Shown: positions 26,127-40,089, counted from the stretch's first letter. The stretch: DNA of 64,000 bases from Octopus sinensis (GCF_006345805.1 NC_043005.1:16120001-16184000); one strand, 5' to 3'. Made by a program: numbers and translations. The notes: generated from the letters alone by a model not told the origin.

Positions 26127-26170
26127 ACACAACGATTCGGCTGATATACCCATCAGCCTTCTTCAGGTGT
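26127..26170 (-). ncRNA. Minimal type I hammerhead motif with A15.1U substitution
   Basis: ACAC-CUGAAGA-A-GGCUGA(UGGGUAUA)UCAGCC-GAAU-CG-UU/GUGU. Confidence 0.6.
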
Positions 26171-26236
26171 CTTGGGGAAATTTTGAACCTGGATTCTCAT
26201 CCCCTAAGGTATTTTTCGATGATATTATTATATTTA

Positions 26237-26278
<42 letters not shown>

Positions 26279-26294
26279 GTTATTGTTCAGGTCA

Positions 26295-26423
26295 CTGCTT
26301 GGAATCGTGGCACCTTGGGCAAATGTCTTCTACTATAGCCTCGGGCCGACCAAAGCCTTGTGAGTGGATTTGGTAGACGGAAACTGAAAGAAGCCTTCGT
26401 ATATATATATGCATATATATATA

Positions 26424-26495
<72 letters not shown>

Positions 26496-26700
26496 TATTT
26501 CTGTTTGTGTGTCTGTGTTTGTCCCCCCAACATCACTTGATAACCGATGCTGGTGTGTTTACGTCCCCGTAACTTAGCAGTTCGACAAATAATTCCGATA
26601 AAATAATTACCAGAAAGAAATTTGTGCTGAGATCGATATTAGTCGCCAAATACATAGGCACGTTACAAGAGTTGATCCAATCAAGAATAAACACACACAC
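26295..26700 (+). mobile_element. SINE family A body with an alternative 3' segment
   Basis: A-type centre, then CCAGAAAGAAATTTGTGCTGAGATC...TCAAGAATAAA(CA)n, shared with 42380-42470. Confidence 0.75.
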
Positions 26701-27024
26701 ACACACACACACATACACACACGCGCACACACACACACACGTACGCACATATGCACGTACACACACACACATAATCGCACACACCACGACAAACACATAA
26801 TCACACACACATACGCAAACACATACACACACACACACCGCACGCACACCACACACACATACACACACAGAATCATCCCCCTTCACACACACACACATAT
26901 AATTAATTATTTAATTAGTTCTCCGCTATCGGGTCACGTGAACAGAACGGAAATAAGTCTCTAGAACCTTAGAATTTACGTTGATTTAGCAAAAAACTAA
27001 AGAAACGCGTGGAACGTATTTGAT

Positions 27025-27580
27025 AGTGGTAGTGGTGGTGTTAGGGACTCTAAAGGGGCTGGTACGGCAGGGATTGTGATGTTGGCGGAACGTTGGTGAG
27101 AGTGGTGAGGGTGGCGGTGACAGTAGTGATGGTGGTGATAGTGGTGGCGGTGGTGGTGTTGGTGGTGGTGGTGGTGGTGGTGGTGGTGGTGGTGTGGTGG
27201 TGGCGGTGATGGTAGTGGTGGTGGCGATGGGGGGTGTGATGGGTGTAGCGGTGGCGGCTGCGGTGATGATGGTGGCGGCGGTGGCGGTGGTGGTGGTGGT
27301 GGTGGTGGTAGTGGTGGTGGTGTTGGTGGTGGTGATAGTGGTGGTGATGGTGGTGGTGGCGGTGGTGTTGGTGGTGGTGTTGGTGGTGGTGATGGTAGTA
27401 GTGGTGGCGATGGGGGGGGGGTGATGAGGGTAGCGGTGGCGGCTGCGGTGGTGATGGTGGCGGCGGCGGTGGTGGCGGTGGTGGCGGTAGTGGCGGCGGT
27501 GGCGGTGGTGGTGGTGGTAGTGGTGGTGGTGGCGGCGGTGGTGATGGTGGTGGCGGTGGTGGTGGTGGTGGTGGTGGTGC
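27025..27580. repeat. (GGT)n tract with an internal duplication of about 185 bp
   Basis: GCGATGGGGGG...GTAGCGGTGGCGGCTGCGGTG occurs at about 27222 and 27406. Confidence 0.9.
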
Positions 27581-27999
27581 GGTGTATGTCACAGCGTTGT
27601 TATAAACGACGATGCTTATGATGATGGTGATAACGCTGACGTTTTGCATTTTTTTTTTGTTTGTTTGTTTCTTTGTTTGTTTTTGTACTTTTTATGTCGA
27701 GAGGAAATAGCAAACTAATATTTTTTTTTTTTTCTTACAAAAAGCTTTATATATTCGTCCATTTATTTATTATTTGGTATTAAATTTTTCGAAGTCTCAA
27801 TTCCCCTCCCTAAGCACTTAAACCCCCTCTCACAATTTAAGAAATAATCCCTAACGGGAGCAAATGCAAACGACAACAAAATTGAATTTGCTTAACACGA
27901 CAAACAGACACCCAATAGCATGAGAACGCGAGCTATGTTAACCCTTAATAGGGGCAGTGACCTTATTTGATATATATACACACACAGAACACAGACACA

Positions 28000-28034
<35 letters not shown>

Positions 28035-28110
28035 TATATATATTATATATATATATCTGTATATATGTATATGTATATATTATATACATAACATACATAA
28101 TATATATATA

Positions 28111-28151
<41 letters not shown>

Positions 28152-28178
28152 TATATTATATATACATATATATACATA

Positions 28179-28217
<39 letters not shown>

Positions 28218-28279
28218 GTATGTATGTATGTATGTATATATGTATATACATATATATATTATAATATATGTATATATAT

Positions 28280-28510
28280 TCTTTTATTCTTTACTCTTTT
28301 AATTGTTTCAGTCATTTGACTGCGGCCATGCTGGAGCACCGCATTTAGTAAAGCAAATCGCACCCCCAGGACTTATTTTTTTTAAACCTAGTACTTATTC
28401 TGTCGTTTTCTTATGCCGAACCGCTGGATTACGGGGACGCAAACACACCAGTATCGGTCGGTTGCCAAGGGATGTTGCGGGTGACAAACACAGACACACA
28501 AACATATGTA
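28280..28510 (-). mobile_element. SINE family A, 3' half
   Basis: TTTCAGTCATTTGACTGCGGCCATGCTGGAGCACCGC...GACAAACACAGACAC. Confidence 0.85.
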
Positions 28511-28530
28511 CATACATACACAAACATACA

Positions 28531-28564
<34 letters not shown>

Positions 28565-28694
28565 CATATATATAATATATATAATATATATTATATATAT
28601 ATATATGTATTTATGTATGTATAGATATGTATCCATACATATTATGTGTGTGCGTGTGTATACGTATAACCATACACACATATGCGTATGTATG

Positions 28695-28761
<67 letters not shown>

Positions 28762-29214
28762 TATATATATATATGTAATGTATGTATGTCATTATTCAGT
28801 TTTATTTCAAGGTTTCTTGCCAATGGAGAAAGAGCCGGATTCGAACCTAGATTCAAAACTCCTTCATTGGAATTTCAGCATCAACAGGGTATTTTGTTTG
28901 TAAGTATGCATGTATGTATGTATGTATGTATGTATGTATGTATGTATGTATGTATGTATGTATGCATGTATGTATGTATGTATGAATGTATGTATGTATG
29001 TATGTATGTATGAATGTATGTATGTATATATATGTATGTGTAGATTTGTATGTTTTACGTATGTATCCTCATGCATATTGTTGCATATCTCGACATGCTC
29101 ATATATATTTAAATGATAAACTTCTGGAAAGTTTTACAGATTTTTACAGTTCCAGTGATGGAGTCTTCGAAATAGCTTTCTCCTTTCTGGTTTTGAGAAG
29201 CCTAATATTTATGC

Positions 29215-29373
29215 ATGCATGTGTGTATGCATGCATGCATGTGTGTATGCATGTATGTATGTATGTATGTATGTATGCATGTATGTATGTATGTATGTAT
29301 GTATGTATGTATGTATGTATGTATGCATGTATGTATGTATGTATGTATGTATGTATGTATGTATGTATATATG

Positions 29374-29407
<34 letters not shown>

Positions 29408-29930
29408 TGTATGTATGTATGTATGTATGCATGCATGTATGTATGTATGCATGTATGTATGTATGTATGTATGTATGTATGTATGTATGTATGTATGTAT
29501 GTATGTATGTATGTATGTATGTATTATGTTATGTATGTATGTATGGCATGTATGTATGTATGTATGTATGTATGTATGCATGCATGTATGTATGTATGTA
29601 TGTATGCATGTATGTATGTATGTATGTATGTATGTATGTATGTATGTATATATGTAGTAATGTATGTATGTATGTATGTATGTATGCATGCATGTATGTA
29701 TGTATGCATGTATGTATGTATGTATGTATGTATGTATGTATGTATTATGTATATATGTAGTATGTATGTATGTATGCATGTATGTATGTATGTATGTATG
29801 TTATGTATGTATGTATGTATGTATGTATGTATGTATGTATGTATGTATGTATGTATGTATGTATGTATGTATGCATGCATGTATGTATGTATGCATGTAT
29901 GTATGTATGTATGTATGTATGGTATGTATG

Positions 29931-29964
<34 letters not shown>

Positions 29965-30210
29965 TGTATGCATGCATGTATGTATGTATGCATGTATGTA
30001 TGTATGTATGTATGTATGTATGTATGTATGTATGTATGTATGTATGTATATATGTATGTATGTATGTATGTATGCATGTATGTATGTATGTATGTATGTA
30101 TGTATGTATGTATGATGTATGTATGTATGCATGTATGTATGCATGCATTATATATGTATGCATGCACGTGCGTATGTATGTATACGTATGTATGCACATT
30201 ATGTATGTAT
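29215..30210. repeat. (ATGT)n/(ATGC)n tract of about 1 kb
   Basis: Directly visible. Confidence 0.95.
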
Positions 30211-30504
30211 GCACTCGATGTATTGCAACTGAGAATGTGACACGATGTATAAGTTTCGTTTTATAGTTTCCTACGCCGTGTGTTCGCGGGCGCGCGCGTG
30301 TATGCGTATGTGTAAATATGCGTGAGTGTATGTGTGTGTGTGTATGTGCTTGTATCTGTGTGTGTGTATGTGCTTGTATCTGTGTGTGCGTATGCGTGCG
30401 CGTGTCCCATAGTAGTTTCATAATATGTTTATTTCCTAATTTTCTGCTGTTTCCGAGTGTTACAGACATTTCCAGTCAACAATCCGGATATGACACATCA
30501 CATC

Positions 30505-30569
<65 letters not shown>

Positions 30570-30804
30570 ACACAATCACGCACTCAAACATTCGTACAGG
30601 CATTCATATCTGCGCGTTCACGCACACATGTATATATGTGTGTGTGTGCGCGCGTGTTTAAGTGTGTGTATGTATTTGTGTGAGCATGCGTGTGCGTGTA
30701 TACACACAAATACGCCATAGTACGAAAATATAGTTCGTTGCACTTGCATATGCCATACAAAAGATAATTATACATACGCATGCGCACATATATGCGTATA
30801 TGCG

Positions 30805-30847
<43 letters not shown>

Positions 30848-30987
30848 GTGTGTGTGTATATATATATGTATATAACACACACATGTATATACATATATGC
30901 ATACATATATATATATATACTTATATATATATATATGTGTATATATATATATGTATATATACACACACACACATATATATACATATA

Positions 30988-31048
<61 letters not shown>

Positions 31049-31299
31049 TATATATATATATAAATGTACATATATATATTCTTTTATTCTTTTATGTGTT
31101 TCTGCCAGGTGGAAGTGGTCATGCTGCAGCAACCACGATGATCTTTCACTCTTTATCTTTGTACCCTCTCTACAATCCTTCCGTGGTTCCTCTCGTCCGA
31201 CTAATGCGATTCCAGCAAATACGTATGAATATGTGCGTATATATATATATATGTATATACATGCATATAAGCATGTGTATCTATATTGACATACATGTA

Positions 31300-31682
31300 T
31301 CTCTCTATATATAAACGGCAGTTTGTCTGTGCGTGTTTCTGTGTGTCTGTTTTCTTGTACCCTCACCTTGACCACGGCTTTCAACCGATTCTGATGAAAC
31401 TTGACACACACATAGCCCAATGTCATAATTCAAAACTAACGTAGCGAAAATTTTGAAAAGTTCCCCCAGTTCTGAAAAAAATCGATAAATTCGACATGGG
31501 GTCGAGAATCAGAAACACAAACCGCAAACTGTCTAGGGGGCGCAACTCCACCTTTTTTTACTCTCAAAAAAAATTTACCATCATTTTTCCCATTTTTTTG
31601 ATATTTTTTGGCTATAACTCTCTAAAAATGCTTTATAGTTATTTCCCTTACAAACCTGAGCAACGCCGGGCGATACTGCTAG
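31300..31682 (+). mobile_element. Non-autonomous Helitron-like element, subfamily H1
   Basis: A|TC 5' end, 3' hairpin CCTGAGCAACGCCGGG then CTAG|T, no TSD. Confidence 0.8.
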
Positions 31683-31716
31683 TATGCATATAAATGTGTC
31701 TATATGTATATATTAA

Positions 31717-31751
<35 letters not shown>

Positions 31752-32164
31752 AGAAATATTGGTGAAAAGTAAGATATTTCTCGTTACGTCTGCGACACAA
31801 AGTTACATAAATAGTTGTTTGTAATATAAAAGAGATCAAATGAGAGAGAGAATGGCGAGGATGATATGGAAAAAGATAAGAAGAAAGAAGGAGTGGGGAC
31901 CCTGACTGAAAGAGAAAGGAACAAAAATGGAATATAGTGTGGGGGGAGGAGGAGGAAGAGGATGGTAAAGAAAAATAAAAGTAGTCTGGGAATTATGGGA
32001 GTAGGAGGGAATATATTGGGAGAAAAATGAAGGAAAGGAAGAAGGTGATGAAGTGAAAGTTTTGTTTTTGGAGGGGGGAAGAATTATCGATAAACAATGG
32101 AGTGGATATGTTAATCCGTATTTGATAATATTAGTGTGGTTTGTATGATTGATAAAAGGTTAAT

Positions 32165-32545
32165 GAAGAAGAAGGGAAAGGAGAAGAAGAAGAAGAAGAA
32201 GAAGAGGAGGAGGAAGAGAAGGAGGGAGGGGGAGGAGAACGAGATGAAGGAGGAGGAGGAGGATGACGAGGAGACGAAGAAAAATAGATGAAAGAGGAGA
32301 GAAGAGGAGAGAAGAGAATGAAGAGGGAGAAGGAAGAGGAGGAGGAGGTAGGGGAGAGGAAAAATGAAGAAGTAGATGATGATGATGATGACCACGACAA
32401 CGATGATGATGATAATGCAGAAGAAGGAGAAGATGATGATGATGATGATGACGATGATTGTGACGATGATGATGAAACCAAGATAAAGAAGAAAATCAAA
32501 AAAAGGAAGAAGAGGAAGAAAAAAGGAAAAGAAAAAGAAGAAAAA
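32165..32545. repeat. (GAA/GGA/GAT)n purine-rich tract
   Basis: Directly visible; source of the acidic and poly-S ORFs. Confidence 0.9.
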
Positions 32546-32933
32546 ATGTAGTGTGAGGGGCAAGTCAATGAAAGAGATCGGGCCGGAGATACAGAATAGA
32601 GAAATTTTTAAGAAGTAAGTGAGGGTGACAGGAAGACCGTGAGAGAGAGAGGGAGAGAGAAGCTGAAACAATATTGTGAGATGGTAATGTTACAGAGAAT
32701 CCCTTAACCATGTGACATCTCGTGGCCAATCAAAAATGATCAACATTAATGGAGCCACGTCAGCAATTGACAGAGAAAAGGGATTTCGTGAAGTATAAGG
32801 GAAAATGTTGAAAATTTGCCGATAAAATTTTGGAAATACTAGAAATTTAGGATTTCATGCTTGTCTTAATATATTTCTTCAATATATATGTACAAGCGTG
32901 TATTTTGCACACACACACACACGCACACACACA

Positions 32934-32985
<52 letters not shown>

Positions 32986-33036
32986 CACACTTACACTCTA
33001 ACACATCCGTGCATGTATACGTACATACAAACTATA

Positions 33037-33845
33037 CTAGCATTAAAGACCCGTCGTTGCCGGGTCATAGTGCTAGTGCATGTATATATATGTTAATATT
33101 ATATATATATTATAATATATATATATATTATATATATATATGTGGTGTGTGTGTGTTGTGTGTGGTGTGTGTGTGTGTGTGTGTGTGTGTACATATTACA
33201 TGTACATCTATATATATATACATCTACACATAACATGCAAAATACAAAGTTATATCTTGATATCGCTAGTGATAACAATACTCGAAATATATAACAGACT
33301 GGAATTGTTAGCTCTTCTTTTTTCTCTACATTGTATACTTTATAGACAATAGTCTTTTTCTTTAATTTAATTTTTTATTATCCATCTGGACTATTCCATT
33401 TCCGTATGCTAATTTTATTTTTAATTTATTCCCATTCATGTGAAACCACTTATTCAAGTTCAAATCATTGATGCAATTTTATACCAATTGCTATTTTTTA
33501 CTTTTGTATGTTACGATTATATTATACTTATACTTTAGTTGATTTTAATTATTACTTACTACATATAATTCAATTGTTATTATTATTTTTATCGTTAAAG
33601 TGAAAGCATCTGACATAAAATAGAGAAATATGTTTGTTTCACTTTTAACACGTAATACTGAAATAGTGGAGAAGATATGATATAGACAAAAAGTTAAAAT
33701 TTTTTGCCGATGACAATCCCCGGACCCTAAGTAAGGCATGTTTAAAATTTGAATGAAATTGGTTGTGTAGTTCTCAAGTTTTAGGGAAACACACAGACAG
33801 ACAGACACACACACATTCTCACTTTTATATATATATATATAAAGA
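33037..33845 (-). mobile_element. Probable non-autonomous Helitron-like element, subfamily H3
   Basis: 5' A|TCTTTATATATA...AAAAGTGAG at 33845, like the copy at 57968; candidate 3' hairpin GACCCG-GCAACGA-CGGGTC plus CTAG|T at 33037. That both ends belong to one element is inferred. Confidence 0.55.
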
Positions 33846-33846
33846 T

Positions 33847-33960
33847 ATATCACCGTGACCGACCAGGCTATCAGATGTTGCTATACATCGCTGGTTACAA
33901 TGCGCTTCGCATTGTTTTAGCCTTCAAATGACGCCACCCTGCTGGCTAAGCGAGCAGGCC
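33847..33960 (-). mobile_element. SINE tail Y, 5'-truncated
   Basis: Inverted match to 18668-18780. Confidence 0.8.
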
Positions 33961-34022
<62 letters not shown>

Positions 34023-34113
34023 GGGAGTAAATCCAAACTTTACAGGGAAAAATTAGATTTAGGATTAAATCTAATTTTATAGTATAAATATATATATATT
34101 ATAATATATTAAA

Positions 34114-34502
34114 TCTCTCTCTATATAAACGGCAGTTTGTCTGTGCGTGTTTTCTGTGTGTCTGTTTGCTTGGTACCCTCACTCTGACCACGGCTTTCAA
34201 CCAGATTCTGATGAAACTTGACACACCATAGCCCAATGTCATAATTCAGAACTAACGCAGCGAAATTTTTGAAAAGTTCCCCCGTTCTGAAAAAAATCGA
34301 TAAATTCGACATGTGGTCGAGAATCAGAAACACAAAAAACAAACTGTCTAGGGGACGCAACTCCACCTTTTTTTAAAAAAAAAAAATTTACCAATCATTT
34401 TTCCATTTTTTTGCTTTTTTTGCTATTTTGCTATACTCTCTAAAAATGCTTTATTGTTTTTCCTCCCTTACAAACCTGAGCAACGCCGGGCGATACTGCT
34501 AG
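34114..34502 (+). mobile_element. Non-autonomous Helitron-like element, subfamily H1
   Basis: Closely similar to 31300-31682; A|TC...CTAG|T ends. Confidence 0.8.
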
Positions 34503-35013
34503 TAGAGATAAAACCAATATTAGGCAAAATCAAACAGTGAAAATCATAAACCAATACATAGAAATAAAATTAATTAATAAAAAATATATAAAATATAAAA
34601 TTCAAAATTTAAATTTTAAATTAAGTTAAAATTGAAAAAAATTATTTAAAATAATTTATACTTATAAATTTTAAATATTATATATATATTATTATTTATA
34701 TATATATATATAATAATATATATATATATAATATATATATATCTATATATATATATATATATATATATATTCCAGACCTATTAGCTGCCTCATTCATTGG
34801 ATTGCGGCCACGCTACAGCACTGCCTTCAAGAGTCTTAATCGAACAGATCGACGCCAGTGTTTATTTGTTTTTAAAGCTTGGTACTTATTGTATTGGGTC
34901 TTTTTTGTCGAACTAGTAGCTTGCAGGACATAAACAAACGACACACGGTTATCAAGCAAGGGAATCAAATATATATATATGAATATATAGTTGTGTGTGT
35001 GTCTATATATATA

Positions 35014-35061
<48 letters not shown>

Positions 35062-35387
35062 ATTATATATATATACATACATATATGTACATATACAGCC
35101 AGGCATAAACATGCATGCACATTCGCATCATATAAATATATGTTTGTGTGGTGGTTTGTTTGTACATGTGAGTGTGCGTGTGTATATGTGATGTACGTGT
35201 ATGTGAGTGCGCGTGTGTGGAACGCTTGCAAGAATATTCATGTATCTCCATATATAGATATATGTATACACACACACGCTCTCTCTCTCTCTTTCTCTTT
35301 TTCTTTCACTCTCTCTTTCTCACACACACACACAACACACACACACACACACACTTTCTCTCTCAGACACACACACATCTTTTATTA

Positions 35388-35561
35388 TTTACCTGCTTCA
35401 GTCATTGGATTGCGGCCATGCTACAGCACTGTCTTCAAGAGTCTTAATCGAACAGATCGACGCCATTGCTTATTGTGTTGGGGTTTTTTTTGTCAAACTG
35501 GTAGCTTGCAGGACATAAACAAACCGACGCCGGTTATCAAACAGGGAGGATCAAATATCAA

Positions 35562-35606
<45 letters not shown>

Positions 35607-36631
35607 CTAATATATTAGTTCGAACACGCTACCTTAAAGATAGTATTTTTGCTGTAATATCGTGCCTTGTATGTACAGTTTTATATTATGTAACATACCA
35701 TTATGATAGAATTGTTTTGACATAGATTAGACGTTTCGATCACGACCGTTTTATTATTTTTGAAGACTAGAAGTACGTATTCTAAAACATTGGTTACATT
35801 AAGAAATATCATAGGCAAAAAATGTTAGAATTGTTGTTTGCGATAGCGAAAGTAGGGTAAAATAACACCATTGGGAAATACTGAGTTGAAATAAGGAACA
35901 ACAGGTTATGTCGTGTTCTTTAAATGCACATGTTGTAAACATTTGATGATTTCAATCCGCTAATCATATGGCGATTCTCTCTAGTGTACAGGAAACGATA
36001 AAACTGGCATTAAGGCAGTAAATAACATTTATATGGTATGGGGAAATGATTAGTGTTTAAACAAAAAAGACGCCCATAGAAAACCCAGGAGCGGAATGGG
36101 ACGATTGGGCGCGGCTGTTTGGACGACTCTGGCGATTTAGCCGGCTCACTGGATATTTAAAACTGTTTTGACACTGGAAGCAAACACTCACATATACACA
36201 TTCAAACATTGTCTGTCCGTCTGTCTGTCTGTCTGTCTCTCTGTCTCTCTGTCTCTCTCTCTCTCTCTCCTCTGTCTCTCTCTCTCTCTCTCACACACAC
36301 ACACTGAATACGTGCGCAGAAACATATACGTATGGGTAGAGTGTGAGAGTGTAAGAGANNNNNNNNNNNNNNNNNNNNNNNNNNNNNNNNNNNNNNNNNN
36401 NNNNNNNNNNNNNNNNNNNNNNNNNNNNNNNNNNNNNNNNNNNNNNNNNNNNNNNNNNTTTACCTGCTTCAGTCATTGGATTGCGGCCATGCTACAGCAC
36501 TGTCTTCAAGAGTCTTAATCGAACAGATCGACGCCATTGCTTATTGTGTTGGGTTTTTTTTGTCAAACTGGTAGCTTGCAGGACATAAACAAACCGACGC
36601 CGGTTATCAAACAGGGAGGATCAAATATCAA

Positions 36632-36676
<45 letters not shown>

Positions 36677-37423
36677 CTAATATATTAGTTCGAACACGCT
36701 ACCTTAAAGATAGTATTTTTGCTGTAATATCGTGTGCCTTGTATGTACAGTTTATATTATGTAACATACCATTTGATAGAATGTTGTTTGACATAGATTA
36801 GACGTTTCGATCACGACCGTTTTATTATTTTTGAAGACTAGAAGTACGTATTCTAAAACATTGGTTTCATTAAGAAATATCATAGGCAAAAAATGTTAGA
36901 ATTGTTGTTTGCGATAGCGAAAGTAGGGTAAAATAACACCATTGGGAAATACTGAGTTGAAATAAGGAACAACAGGTTATGTCGTGTTCTTTAAATGCAC
37001 ATGTTGTAAACATTTGATGATTTCAATCCGCTAATCATATGGCGATTCTCTCTAGTGTACAGGAAACGATAAAACTGGCATTTAAGGCAGTAAATAACAT
37101 TTATATGGTATGGGGAAATGATTAGTGTTTAAACAAAAAGAGACGCCCATAGAAACCCAGGAGCGGAATGGGACGATTGGGCGCGGCTGTTTGGACGCTG
37201 GCGATTTAGCACGGCTCACTGGATATTTAAACTGTTTTGACACTGGAAGCAAACACTCACATATACACATTCACACATTGTCTGTCCGTCTGTCTGTCTG
37301 TCTGTCTCTCTGTCTCTCTGTCTCTCTCTCTCTCTCTGTCTCTCTCTCTCTCTCTCACACCACACACACTGAATACGTGCGCAGAAACATATACGTATGG
37401 GTAGAGTGTGAGAGTGTAAGAGA
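35388..37423. other. Near-identical ~970-bp direct duplication flanking a 100-N gap (36359-36458)
   Basis: 35388-36358 versus 36459-37423; differences are mostly small indels. Confidence 0.9.
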
Positions 37424-37609
37424 GAAGCACTATGCACACATACAAAAACAACTAGATACTCATATGCATAAAAAGAGACAGACAGACAGACAGACAGAAA
37501 CAGTGAGGGAGAGAGAGAGGTGGGAGGAAGGGATGAAGGGAGGGAGAGAGAGGTGAGAGGAAGTGAGGGAGAGAATAATAGAAACGTTAAAATGAGAGAA
37601 ATATTGAAA

Positions 37610-38200
37610 TGTCTGATGTCAAACCAGGCAGCGTCGAATCAGCACACTCAATAGGTGACGCTAAAAGAGCTGTAATAAAATTTCTCACAGCAACCCAGGA
37701 GGGTAGTAGCATAGTAGATAGATGGAAATACATTACATTAGGTTCAGGAGCAATGAAGAATCCCGGTTGAGGGTGGATAAGTCGAACTCCTGTAGATTAA
37801 AACGCCATGCAATAGGGGTCCATTTCAAGGACAGAAGAGGACGTTCATGGGAAATAGCGGTAAGTGGCAAGGTCAGAGTGAGGGAAACTGAAAATTGAAA
37901 GATAGGCCATTGAATGAGTAAGATACAAGGATGGAAGGTGAGAAGGAAAAGTAAAGCGGTGAAGTTGGGTGTGAATTTCGACCATGGGTAGAGAGGTGTG
38001 ATCGATGTTACGGGTTCAGAAGGAGGCGTCCCCCTTCCTTTACAATAGTGTGCAGGAATCTACGTCTCAGACAGTAGAAGACCAGCTGGTGAAATAGGGT
38101 CTCAAAAATGGAGGCGACAAAGGTGTAGGAATTGTAAGATTTATCGAAGATTTGGTGTGGTGGGAATACAAAGAGGTGAAGTGAAGGTGAAGAAAAGGTG
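37610..38200 (-). mobile_element. Possible very decayed LINE AP-endonuclease fragment
   Basis: Remnants resembling GDFNLPEFDWS (FNLQEFDLS) and the terminal SDH motif (LPGLTSD); many frameshifts. Confidence 0.3.
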
Positions 38201-38692
38201 AGAATCGCTTAGTTTAAAAAATAACGAGCGCAGTGAGAGAGAGAGAGATGAGGCGAGTCAAAACTGACACACCTACACACGTGTGGACGTGTGGACGTGT
38301 GTGTATGTGTGTGCATGTTTGTATTACACTCACACATATGAGGTAATATCTGCGTGATCTATCAAAAGGATGCAAATAGTAGCCACATTTAGCATTAAAT
38401 CACACATCATAGCGGCCTATAAAGGATATTACACATTGGACAATGCAAAAAAAGATATGTTGCATATCGTACAATGTCTTTAAAAAGACATTGTGTACAT
38501 TATGGAGTTTTAGAGGCGGATATTCCTCAAATGCCAATTCTAGCTGATCACTGAACATTTTACGAGGTTTGCGCTTAGCAACACCAGATTGCCCGACACT
38601 CGTTATCCATATTTATCTACTTCCGTATCCTTCAACCAATGGTTTTACTTACAATATCATTATATTCGTTTCCTACTCTTGGAAGATTTTGG

Positions 38693-38851
38693 GGGAGGGG
38701 TCTAGTCAATTAGATCGACCCGGTAAGCAACTGGTACTTAATTTATCAACCCCTGAAAGGATGAAAGGTAAAGATGGCCTCGGCGGAATTTGAACTTAGA
38801 ACATAAAGACATACGAAATACCGCTAAGCATTTCACCAGGCTTGCCGCCTT
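38693..38851 (-). mobile_element. SINE family C, internally deleted
   Basis: GATGAAAGGTAAAGATGGCCTCGGCGGAATTTGAAC...GCTTGCCGCCTT. Confidence 0.75.
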
Positions 38852-38856
38852 ACAAA

Positions 38857-38910
38857 TGGCTGATGAGAAATCAGGCACCTATTTGACGCTAAATTTCGAA
38901 ACCGGTACCA
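38857..38910 (+). ncRNA. Type I hammerhead ribozyme motif, intact core
   Basis: UGG-CUGAUGA-GAAAU(21 nt)AUUUC-GAAA-CCGG-UA/CCA; predicted cleavage after 38907. Confidence 0.7.
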
Positions 38911-39945
38911 GGCTGACCAGCATTTACTTGTTCTGATCCATTTGAGGTAAGACGTTATTATTGTTCACTGATATTTTTTTCCAATCTTGTCTGTAATAGA
39001 TTTGCGACTATTCGGTGGTACAGAAGTATCTTTTTGACTTCTATCATTAGCGATATAGGTACTCATGTAGTACCCTTGTGTATATATGTACATATCTAAT
39101 ATTGTATGTATATATTTTATTAATAATTTCTCTGTACGGTTGATAATTTGCTTACCACTTGTGATGGTATTTTAATAATACCATCCCTATATTTATATTT
39201 ATATATATATATACATACATACATACATATATATACAGCTACATACATACATATATATATATATATCTACATACATACATCCTTCCATATATATATATTT
39301 TCATTAACTGAGAGATATTTCTTTCTCCTATTTGTTCTACCAAATGAGTGTTAGTATACGTTAGTGTGAGTGTGTGTGTATGTGTGTATGTATGCGTGCG
39401 TGTGCGAGTGTGTGCGTGTGCGAGTGTGTGCGTGTATATATGTACACGTATTTATATTACTAACCCTAAATTTTCCAGCGCAGTTCAAAAAGCCTTTTAA
39501 AACAAAACTTCGAAGTTACTCTCAATCGTCCAAAACTTCAAAAGTAATTTAATGAGTGTGCACATGTATATTACAATTAAAATCGCAAGGAGTTAAATGT
39601 ACCTTCCTCGTATACCGAAAAATCACTTCCTTGCACTACAGGTTCTCTTTAGGACTGAAAAAACTGTGAACGAAAGCATGTTTTATGGCAATATTGAGGA
39701 TGATTGTTAGTCTGGGAAACTCGGTATCGGATGGCACCTCACTGCTGAAAGGGTTGCGGTTTCTCTCGAGAGTGCCATTAGTAAGATGCATAAGCTAGCA
39801 ATGTCCAAAACGCCTTTAGGAAGCAAATTTCATCGTTGTGTACATCCGCATCGTCAAAGAAATACTGGAAAGATGGCAGTTGTATAACTACAAGGGCAAT
39901 CATGATTGCTAATGATCAGCAGTGGTAGAATGTATGCACGATGTA

Positions 39946-40015
<70 letters not shown>

Positions 40016-40089
40016 TGTATGCGCATGTGTGTACATATGCATGAATGTATGTTTCGGTGCGTTTGTATCACGCACATATATATTTATAT

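Noticed and set aside
28790-29210. Two possibly related segments with hammerhead-like GAAA/GAAT-CCGG remnants
   Set aside because: Cores differ from consensus at several positions and no helix I could be built
35730-35760. Minus-strand CGAAACGUC hammerhead 3' half (also at about 36805)
   Set aside because: No 5' core; the second copy lies in the probable false duplication
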